A DNA stretch of 24,000 bases, taken from NCBI RefSeq assembly GCF_000015265.1, contig NC_008699.1, forward strand, positions 4,070,121-4,094,120. The letters run 5' to 3'. The position numbers and the translations under genes are program-made. The notes under the pieces were generated by a model. It saw nothing but the letters and a program-made list of their open reading frames with translations. It was not told the origin of the DNA and did not search any database. Origin of the DNA: Nocardioides sp. JS614 (GTDB taxonomy: Bacteria > Actinomycetota > Actinomycetes > Propionibacteriales > Nocardioidaceae). Positions 17,946 through 24,000 of the stretch are shown piece after piece (the stretch's first letter is position 1; each line of letters begins with the position of its first letter).

Positions 17946-19079
17946 GTGGAGGAGCTGGTCCGGGAGCTGGTGCCCCAGGTCCTCGGTGTCCTCGTCCGTC
18001 GCGGAGCCGACTTCGCGTCGGCCGAGGACGCCGTCCAGGAGGCGCTCGTCGAGGCGGTACGCCGCTGGCCGGACGCGCCGCCGGACGACCCGAAGGCATG
18101 GCTGGTCACGGTGGCCTGGCGCAAGGTCGTCGACGCCGGGCGCTCCGAGTCGGCGCGCCGGGCCCGCGAGGAGCGCGTGCACGAGGAGCCGGCGCCGGGA
18201 CCCGCGGCGGGGCAGGACGACACCCTGCTGCTGCTGTTCCTGTGCTGCCACCCCGCGCTCAGCCCGTCCTCGGCGGTCGCGCTCACGCTGCGCGCGGTCG
18301 GCGGGCTGACCACCCGGCAGATCGCCGCGGCGTACCTCGTGCCGGAGGCGACGATGGCCCAGCGGATCAGCCGGGCGAAGCGCACGGTCGCCGACGCCGG
18401 CGTCGGCGCACCCGGTGACCTGCGGCGGGTGCTGACCGTGCTGTACGTGGTGTTCAACGAGGGCTACTCCGGCGACGTCGACCTCGCGGCCGAGGCGATC
18501 CGCCTGACCCGGATGCTCGCCGAGGCGAGCGACGAGCCCGAGGTCGCCGGCCTGCTCGCGCTGATGCTGCTCCACCACGCCCGCCGCGCCGCCCGCTGGA
18601 CCGAGCAGGGCGCGCTGGTGCCGCTCGCCGAGCAGGACCGCAGCCGCTGGGACACCGCGCTGGTCGCCGAGGGGGTCGAGATCCTGCAGGCCGCGCTCGC
18701 CCGCGACCGGCTCGGGGAGTACCAGGCCCAGGCCGCGATCGCCGCCCTGCACTGCGACGCCCGCTCGACGGAGGAGACCGACTGGCCGCAGGTCCTGGAG
18801 TGGTACGACGAGCTGCTCGGCCTCACCGACTCACCCGTGGTCGCCCTCAACCGGGTGGTCGCGGTCGGCGAGGTCGACGGACCCTTGGTCGGCCTCCGCG
18901 AGCTGGCGTCGGTGCCGGCGGACGTGCCGCGTCGTACCGCCGTCGAGGCGTGGCTGCACGAGCGCGCCGGCGACACCGCCCTCGCGGGCCGGCTCTACGC
19001 GGCGGCCGCGGCCGCCGCGAGCAGCGCCGTCGAGCGCGACCACCTCACCCGACAGGCGGCTCGGCTGCGGCACGACTGA
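17946..19079 (+). CDS. ECF sigma factor with long C-terminal TPR-like extension (ECF42-type)
   Basis: Sigma region 2 (AEDAVQEALVEAVRRWP...PKAWLVTVAWRKVVD) and region 4 (LLFLCCHPALSPSSAVALTLRAVGGLTTRQIAAAYLVPEATMAQRISRAKRTV), followed by ~200 aa of helical repeat-like sequence. No anti-sigma gene is adjacent. GTG 17946 lies 14 nt after the DGPF stop. Confidence 0.85.
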   Translation: MEELVRELVPQVLGVLVRRGADFASAEDAVQEALVEAVRRWPDAPPDDPKAWLVTVAWRKVVDAGRSESARRAREERVHEEPAPGPAAGQDDTLLLLFLCCHPALSPSSAVALTLRAVGGLTTRQIAAAYLVPEATMAQRISRAKRTVADAGVGAPGDLRRVLTVLYVVFNEGYSGDVDLAAEAIRLTRMLAEASDEPEVAGLLALMLLHHARRAARWTEQGALVPLAEQDRSRWDTALVAEGVEILQAALARDRLGEYQAQAAIAALHCDARSTEETDWPQVLEWYDELLGLTDSPVVALNRVVAVGEVDGPLVGLRELASVPADVPRRTAVEAWLHERAGDTALAGRLYAAAAAAASSAVERDHLTRQAARLRHD

Positions 19080-19662
19080 CCAGGACCCGGAACCCCCTGG
19101 CGCTGGCGAGCCGCTCCGTCGGCCAGCCCTGCTCGCCCAGCCAACGCTGCAGCGAGTCGGCGCCGAGGTTCTTGCCCACCACCATCACGGCGCGGCCGCC
19201 CGGCGCAAGCCGCGGCAGCCAGGTGAGCAGCAGCTCGTGCAGCGCCTGCTTGCCGATCCGGATCGGCGGGTTGGACCAGATCTCGTCGTACACCTCGTTG
19301 GTCGGCACCTGCTCGGGCCGGCAGGCGACGAACCGGCCGTCGACGCGCATCGCCCGGGCGTTCTCGTTCGCGAGCGCGATCGCGCGGTCGTTGACGTCGA
19401 TCGCGGTGATCGAGGCGAGCGGTACGGCGGCGGCGATCGCCAGCCCGATCACGCCGTACCCGCAGCCGAGGTCGAGGAACCGGCCCTGCACGGGCGGCTC
19501 CGTCTCGCGGAACAGCACCGCGGTCGCGTGGTCGAGGTGGCCCCGGCTGAACACACCGGAGCCGCTGACCAGCGTCAGCTCCCGGCCCCACACCTCGCAG
19601 GTGAACGGCTCGCGCTCGAACGGCACCGACGGGTCGGCGCTGAAGTAGTGGTCCTCACTCAT
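19045..19662 (-). CDS. class I SAM-dependent methyltransferase, RsmC/RsmD-like (MTS small-domain type)
   Basis: Start ATG 19662 ([11 protein letters not shown]...) overlaps the truA stop by 8 nt. SAM motif [12 protein letters not shown] and substrate-N motif NPPIRIG. Confidence 0.85.
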   Translation of the reverse strand: MSEDHYFSADPSVPFEREPFTCEVWGRELTLVSGSGVFSRGHLDHATAVLFRETEPPVQGRFLDLGCGYGVIGLAIAAAVPLASITAIDVNDRAIALANENARAMRVDGRFVACRPEQVPTNEVYDEIWSNPPIRIGKQALHELLLTWLPRLAPGGRAVMVVGKNLGADSLQRWLGEQGWPTERLASARGFRVLVSRAAAEPPVG

Positions 19663-20461
19663 CGGCGACCCTCTTCGCTCGTGTCTGCTCGGCCCGGGCG
19701 GCGAGCTCGTCGTCGGCCGGGTAGGCGACCTCCTCCAGCGTGAGGCCGTGGGCGTGCACGACCGCCACCGCGGGATCACGCGCCTCCGCCCGCAGGATGT
19801 CCTCGGCCCAGGCGACCGGCTTGCGCGCCTCCCCGACGGCGATCAGGCAGCCGACCAGGGACCGGACCATGCTGTGGCAGAACGCGTCGGCGCGGACCGT
19901 CCCGACCAGCACGCCGGCCGGGTCCCGCGCCCAGGACAGCTCAAGCAGGGTCCGGATCGTGGTCGCGCCCTCCCGCTGCTTGCAGAAGGACGCGAAGTCG
20001 TGCCGGCCGACCAGGAACGCGGACGCCGCGTTCATCGCGTCGAGGTCCAGGGCTCGTGGCCAGGCCAGGACGTGGGAGCGGGTCAGCGGGTCCACTACGG
20101 CCGGGGTGTCGGCGATCCGGTAGGCGTAGCGCCGCCACAGTGCCCCGAACCGGGCGTCGAACCCCGCGGGCGCCTCGACCGCCCGGCGCACCCGTACGTC
20201 GGCGGGCAGTCGCCCGTTGAGCCGCCGTACCAGCCCCTCGACGGTGGCCGGCTCGAGGCCGTCCAGGTCGGCGTGCACCACCTGGCCGCGCGCGTGGACG
20301 CCGGCGTCGGTGCGGCCGGCGCAGACCACGGCGACCTCCGGGACCCGCAGCACCGTCGCGAGGGCGTCGCTCAGCTCGCCCTGCACGGTCCGCAGCCCCG
20401 GCTGGCTCGCCCAGCCGTGGAAGTCGGTGCCGTCGTAGGCGAGGTCGAGCCGGATCCGCAC
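19655..20461 (-). CDS. truA: tRNA pseudouridine(38-40) synthase
   Basis: [22 protein letters not shown]... and the catalytic-Asp motif [19 protein letters not shown] start at 20461. Confidence 0.92.
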   Translation of the reverse strand: MRIRLDLAYDGTDFHGWASQPGLRTVQGELSDALATVLRVPEVAVVCAGRTDAGVHARGQVVHADLDGLEPATVEGLVRRLNGRLPADVRVRRAVEAPAGFDARFGALWRRYAYRIADTPAVVDPLTRSHVLAWPRALDLDAMNAASAFLVGRHDFASFCKQREGATTIRTLLELSWARDPAGVLVGTVRADAFCHSMVRSLVGCLIAVGEARKPVAWAEDILRAEARDPAVAVVHAHGLTLEEVAYPADDELAARAEQTRAKRVADE

Positions 20462-20505
20462 GGGCCAACCCTATTGCGGTACTCGACGCTGCTCCGGGAC
20501 GGGGA

Positions 20506-20567
20506 CGTCCCTGACCTGTCGCACACCCCCGCCGGCGGGTCGCGTGCGCGTTCGTCAGGGACGCGGC
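20506..20567 (-). repeat. structured intergenic repeat, copy B (first copy at 11430-11487)
   Basis: cgtCCCTGACCtgtcgcacacccccgCCGGCGgGTCGCGTGCgCGTTCGTCAGGGACGCGGC. A perfect 10-bp terminal inverted repeat CGTCCCTGAC (20506-20515) / GTCAGGGACG (20554-20563) encloses the CCGCCGGCGG palindrome and a CGCAC/GTGCG stem. It lies between the pfkB stop (20579) and the truA start (20461). Confidence 0.6.
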
Positions 20568-20578
20568 ACGCCCCGGGG

Positions 20579-21499
20579 TCAGGCCTCCAGCTCCGAGCGG
20601 TACGGCGGGTCCGCGCCGGGCCGGGAGACCGTGACGGCCGCGGCCCGCGTCGCGTGCGCCAGCACCTCCGCGATCACGCCGGGGTCCAGCTCCCTCAGCT
20701 CGGAGCGATGGTCCGCGCCGAGCAGGTCCCGCTGCCACAGGGCGTCGACGACGGCCGCGCCGAACGTGTCGCCGGCGCCGATGGTGTCGGCGACCTCGAC
20801 GGGCAGGGAGGCCGCCTCGACGATCGCGTGCGCAGCGAACCAGGCGGCGCCGTTGCCGCCGCGGGTGACGACCACGCCGGCCGGGCCGAGCGCGAGCAGG
20901 TGGCGCGCCGCCGCCTCCTCGTCGAGCTGTGGGTAGAGGTGGGCGAGGTCCTCGTCGGACGCCTTGACCAGGTCGGTGACTGCGGCGAGCCGTTCCACGA
21001 GCGCGACCACGTCCGGGCCGGTGCCGGTGATGGCGGGTCGCGCGTTCACGTCGTAGCTGATCGTGGCGCGGTCGCGCAGCCGCTCGACCAGGGCGAGCAC
21101 CCCGTCGGCGCCCGGCTCGAGCACCGCGCCCAGCGAGCAGGTGTGCAGCACCAGCGGGGCGGGCTCGGCGCTGACGTCCGGGATCTGCCACTCCAGGTCG
21201 AACTCGTAGCTGGCCGCCCCGTCGGCGCCGATGGTCGCCGCGGCGGTCGCGGTCCGGGCCAGGACGTGCGGGTCGCCGGCGAGCTCGACCCCGGCCCTGG
21301 CCAGGTGGTCGGCGAGCACCCGGCCCCGCTCGTCCGCCGCCCACGCCGTCACGAACCGGACCCGGCGGCCCAGCCGGGCCAGCGCGACGGCAACGTTGGC
21401 GGCGCTGCCGCCGGCGTACTCCGTGGTGTTCCCGTCTGGACCGTGCACGATGTCGACCAGCGACTCCCCCACCACCAGCACGCTGCCCACACTCTCCAT
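20579..21499 (-). CDS. PfkB-family carbohydrate kinase (fructokinase/ribokinase-like)
   Basis: Start ATG 21499 (MESVGSVLVVGESLVDIV...). N-terminal GG motif AGGSAANVA and C-terminal PfkB signature VADTIGAGDTFGAAVV. Confidence 0.88.
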   Translation of the reverse strand: MESVGSVLVVGESLVDIVHGPDGNTTEYAGGSAANVAVALARLGRRVRFVTAWAADERGRVLADHLARAGVELAGDPHVLARTATAAATIGADGAASYEFDLEWQIPDVSAEPAPLVLHTCSLGAVLEPGADGVLALVERLRDRATISYDVNARPAITGTGPDVVALVERLAAVTDLVKASDEDLAHLYPQLDEEAAARHLLALGPAGVVVTRGGNGAAWFAAHAIVEAASLPVEVADTIGAGDTFGAAVVDALWQRDLLGADHRSELRELDPGVIAEVLAHATRAAAVTVSRPGADPPYRSELEA

Positions 21500-21522
21500 G
21501 GGGATTTCTCTACCATGCGGAC

Positions 21523-21882
21523 ATGCAGGTGCACCCGTGGGACCCCGGCTCCCCGGTCCCGCCGTACGAGCAGCTGCGCAGCCAGCTGGCCGCCCGCGCC
21601 GCGTCCGGTGACCTGGCAGCCGGGACCCGACTGCCGACGGTGCGGGCACTGGCCGCGGAGCTGGGCCTCGCGGTGAACACCGTGGCCCGCGCCTACCGCG
21701 AGCTCGAGGCCGACGGCGTGGTCGTGACCGAGGGGCGCCGCGGCACTTTCGTCGCCGCCTCGGCGGCCGGCCGGTCCACCGAGGCCGCCGACGCCGCCGC
21801 GGCGTACGTCGCCACCGCCCGCCGGCTCGGCCTCACCCTCCCCGAGGCCACCCGCCTCCTCGAACAGCACTGGCCCACCTGA
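21523..21882 (+). CDS. GntR-family transcriptional regulator (short, YhcF-like)
   Basis: 119 aa. Winged HTH: PPYEQLRSQLAARAASGDLAAGTRLPTVRALAAELGLAVNTVARAYRELEADGVVVTEGRRGTFV. TACCAT lies 6 nt upstream of the ATG. Confidence 0.85.
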   Translation: MQVHPWDPGSPVPPYEQLRSQLAARAASGDLAAGTRLPTVRALAAELGLAVNTVARAYRELEADGVVVTEGRRGTFVAASAAGRSTEAADAAAAYVATARRLGLTLPEATRLLEQHWPT

Positions 21883-21907
21883 TCCCACGTTGATTCGGGA
21901 CTCAACC

Positions 21908-21948
21908 GGAGAAAATGACGCCGACCCGCCCGAGGTCTCGGGCGGGTC
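21908..21948 (-). terminator. intrinsic terminator after rplQ (hairpin shared with the convergent gntR)
   Basis: Perfect inverted repeat GACCCGCCCGAG (21923-21934) / CTCGGGCGGGTC (21937-21948). On the minus-strand RNA it is followed by GGCGUCAUUUUCUCC. Confidence 0.65.
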
Positions 21949-21969
21949 GGCGGCTCGGACGGGGCCGGC

Positions 21970-22578
21970 TCAGGCCTTGTCGTCCTCGGTGCTCTCCTCG
22001 GTGCTCTCCGCGGCTGGCTCCTCGGTGGCGGCCTCGTCCTCGACGGGCTGCTCCTCGGTGACCACGCTCTCCTCGGGCGACGCCTCGTCGGTCAGCTCGG
22101 TGGGAGCCTCCTCGACAGCCGTCTCCTCGGCCACGGTCTCCTCGGCGGGCGCCTCCTCGACCGGCGCCGGGGCGGTTGCGGCCGGTGCGGCCTTCTTCGC
22201 CTTCGGGGCCGACGGCTTGTAGGCCTCGGTCACGAGCTCGATGACGGCCATCGGGGCGTTGTCGCCCTTGCGGGGACCGATCTTCGTGATCCGGGTGTAG
22301 CCACCCGGACGCTCGGCGAAGGTCGGCGCGATCTCGGTGAAGAGGGTGTGGACGACCGACTTGTCGCGGATGGTCTTGAGGACCTCACGACGGTTGTGCA
22401 GGTCGCCCTTCTTCGCCTTGGTGATCAGCTTCTCCGCGTGCGGACGCAGCGCGCGCGCCCGCGACTCGGTGGTCGTGATCCGGCCGTGCTCGAACAGCTG
22501 GGTGGCCAGGTTCGACAGGATCAGGCGCTGGTGGGACGGGCTGCCGCCGAGGCGGGGACCCTTGGTGGGCTTGGGCAT
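21970..22578 (-). CDS. rplQ: 50S ribosomal protein L17 with ~85-aa acidic low-complexity C-terminal extension
   Basis: [42 protein letters not shown]...[25 protein letters not shown], followed by the tail AP(K/A)...EE(A/T/V)-rich. GGGAGGAGAG SD upstream. Confidence 0.95.
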   Translation of the reverse strand: MPKPTKGPRLGGSPSHQRLILSNLATQLFEHGRITTTESRARALRPHAEKLITKAKKGDLHNRREVLKTIRDKSVVHTLFTEIAPTFAERPGGYTRITKIGPRKGDNAPMAVIELVTEAYKPSAPKAKKAAPAATAPAPVEEAPAEETVAEETAVEEAPTELTDEASPEESVVTEEQPVEDEAATEEPAAESTEESTEDDKA

Positions 22579-22682
22579 TGTCTTCTCTCTCCTCCCGAGC
22601 CGTACCAGGTACTCGGGTAGATCCTTCTTGTGAGGTACCCACCCGCGGTGGCCACGGTTTCGATCGTCACCACCGACGGGGT

Positions 22683-22724
22683 CTGGGGCGAAGCCCCAGT
22701 TGGGCTAGTACGGGCGAAGCCCGT
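22683..22724 (-). terminator. twin GC-rich stem-loops directly after the rpoA stop (attenuator / terminator / mRNA-end module)
   Basis: ACGGGC-GAA-GCCCGT (22710-22724) lies 4 nt from the stop at 22729-22731. CTGGGGC-GAA-GCCCCAG lies at 22683-22699. Neither is followed by a U-tract on the minus-strand RNA. Confidence 0.45.
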
Positions 22725-22728
22725 TCGA

Positions 22729-23745
22729 TCAGTACTGCTCGTCTTCGACGAACGCGTCGTCGTCGTCATCGCCGTACGCCGCGAGCGCGGCGTGCGGGTC
22801 GAAGCCGGGCGCGCTGTCCTTGAGGGACAGGCCCATCTCGACCAGCTTGGCCTTGACCTCGTCGATCGACTTCGCACCGAAGTTGCGGATGTCGAGCAGG
22901 TCCTGCTCCGAGCGGCTGATGAGCTCACCCACGGTGTGGATGCCCTCGCGCTTGAGGCAGTTGTAGGAGCGGACGGTCAACTGCAGGTCCTCGACCGGGA
23001 GGGCGAGGTCCGCGGCCAGCTGCTCGTCGACCGGCGACGGGCCGATGTCGATGCCCTCGGCCTCGACGTTCAGCTCGCGGGCCAGGCCGAAGAGCTCGAC
23101 CAGGGTCTTGCCGGCCGACGCGATCGCGTCGCGGGGCCGGATCGACGGCTTGGTCTCGACGTCGATGACGAGCTTGTCGAAGTCGGTGCGCTGCTCGACA
23201 CGGGTGGCCTCGACCTTGTAGGTCACCTTGAGGACCGGGCTGTAGATCGAGTCGACCGGCATCCGGCCGATCTCGTTGTCGGCGCCCTTGTTCTGGACGG
23301 CGGAGACGTAGCCACGGCCACGCTCGACGACCAGCTCCATCTCCAGCTTGCCCTTGTCGGACAGGGTCGCGATCTTCAGGTCGGGGTTGTGCACCTCGAC
23401 ACCGGCCGGCGGCGCGATGTCGGCGGCGGTCACGTCACCGGCACCCGACTTGCGCAGGTACATGGTGACGGGCTCGTCGTGCTCCGAGGAGACGACGAGA
23501 CCCTTGAGGTTGAGGATGACCTCCGTGACGTCCTCCTTGACCCCCTCGATGGTGGAGAACTCGTGGAGGACGTTGTCGATCTTGATGCTCGTGACCGAGG
23601 CACCCGGGATCGAGCTGAGGAGGGTACGGCGGAGCGAGTTGCCCAGCGTGTAGCCGAAGCCGGGCTCCAGGGGCTCGATCACGAACCGCGAGCGGAACTC
23701 GTCGACGGTCTCTTCCGACAGGGTGGGGCGCTGTGCGATGAGCAC
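22729..23745 (-). CDS. rpoA: DNA-directed RNA polymerase subunit alpha
   Basis: [49 protein letters not shown]... The C-terminal domain contains [48 protein letters not shown] start at 23745. Confidence 0.97.
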   Translation of the reverse strand: MLIAQRPTLSEETVDEFRSRFVIEPLEPGFGYTLGNSLRRTLLSSIPGASVTSIKIDNVLHEFSTIEGVKEDVTEVILNLKGLVVSSEHDEPVTMYLRKSGAGDVTAADIAPPAGVEVHNPDLKIATLSDKGKLEMELVVERGRGYVSAVQNKGADNEIGRMPVDSIYSPVLKVTYKVEATRVEQRTDFDKLVIDVETKPSIRPRDAIASAGKTLVELFGLARELNVEAEGIDIGPSPVDEQLAADLALPVEDLQLTVRSYNCLKREGIHTVGELISRSEQDLLDIRNFGAKSIDEVKAKLVEMGLSLKDSAPGFDPHAALAAYGDDDDDAFVEDEQY

Positions 23746-23845
23746 TGGTTCTTTCCTTTCCGGACCTACCCGCTATTTGACAGGTCCGAACTTCAGGGTT
23801 GACGGAAGGCGATCCACCGGCCACTCCGGCCCCAGACCCGGGGGT

Positions 23846-23893
23846 CTGGGGGCGGAGCCCCCAGTGGGGGTTCAAGGGGGCGAAGCCCCCTTG
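23846..23893 (-). terminator. twin GC-rich stem-loops directly after the rpsD stop (same module as 22683-22724)
   Basis: CAAGGGGGC-GAA-GCCCCCTTG (23873-23893) lies 3 nt from the stop at 23897-23899. CTGGGGGC-GGA-GCCCCCAG lies at 23846-23864. Confidence 0.45.
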
Positions 23894-23896
23894 TGT

Positions 23897-24000
23897 CTAC
23901 TTCTTGGAGTAGTACTCGACGATGAGCTGCTCCTGGACCGGGATGTCGATCTGCGCGCGCACGGGGAGCTGGTGGACCAGGACCCGCATCCGCGACGGGA
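23897..24000 (-). CDS. rpsD: 30S ribosomal protein S4, C-terminal end (partial; continues past the window end)
   Basis: Hand translation of the minus strand gives ...SRRMRVLVHQLPVRAQIDIPVQEQLIVEYYSKK*. This is the typical S4 C-terminus, and the position upstream of rpoA matches the alpha operon. Confidence 0.85.
   Translation of the reverse strand, partial: PSRMRVLVHQLPVRAQIDIPVQEQLIVEYYSKK

Noticed and set aside
11430-20567. The 9.1-kb block flanked by the two direct repeat copies, considered as an integrated mobile element or genomic island
   Set aside because: The block has no integrase, transposase or tRNA attachment site. I see no visible composition shift. It includes the core gene truA, which is coupled to its neighbour. 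The repeats are better explained as copies of a dispersed 3'-end element.
19748-21676. 642-aa plus-strand and 467-aa minus-strand ORFs spanning truA and the pfkB kinase
   Set aside because: These are off-frame or antisense shadows. The in-frame truA (GRTDAGVHA) and PfkB (DTIGAGDTFG) motifs identify the real frames.
23762-23787. GGACCT-N14-AGGTCC hairpin and plus-strand TTGACA boxes just upstream of rpoA, considered as an rpoA promoter
   Set aside because: The TTGACA-like boxes are on the wrong strand for rpoA. On the minus strand only a weak GTCAAC-N17-TCAAAT can be read. The hairpin is noted, but I cannot support a specific function.

Overview
This is a very GC-rich actinobacterial chromosome segment with GC3-saturated codons, so the long mirror ORFs on the non-coding strand are artefacts. 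About 25 CDSs are supported. I found no tRNA, rRNA, CRISPR array, transposase or integrase.

Left to right:
- A partial PASTA-domain lipoprotein.
- tam and a divergent marR.
- A long minus-strand run of tightly coupled housekeeping genes: rsmI, an alpha/beta hydrolase, tatD, then a 210-nt leader, rpfB, rsmA(ksgA), ispE and an ABC-F ATPase. pmt diverges from rsmI. This order mirrors the M. tuberculosis Rv1002c-Rv1011 neighbourhood.
- A TetR-controlled plus-strand operon: SDR, SDR, APH-family kinase, ACAD10/11-type acyl-CoA dehydrogenase, a 43-codon ACAD remnant and an HSL-family esterase.
- A DGPF/YCII protein plus an ECF42-type sigma factor with a matching ECF-like promoter.
- An RsmC-like methyltransferase and truA.
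- A gntR plus pfkB-kinase pair sitting between truA and rplQ.
- The tail of the alpha operon (rpsD', rpoA, rplQ).

Most worth a second look:
1. The kinase + ACAD operon looks like a split bacterial version of the ACAD10/11 / Lva 4-hydroxyacyl-CoA phospho-elimination route.
2. A ~59-nt hairpin-forming repeat occurs twice in the same orientation, each copy at the 3' end of a minus-strand gene.
3. The structured rpfB leader.
4. Near-identical stop-codon-proximal twin hairpins occur in both alpha-operon intergenic regions.
5. A small two-TM gene appears split by a frameshift at a G4 run.
6. A TANNNT hexamer lies 6-7 nt upstream of the start codon of six unit-initial genes, which suggests leaderless mRNAs.

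All calls rest on reading the sequence and remembered family motifs. No searches or folding calculations were run.
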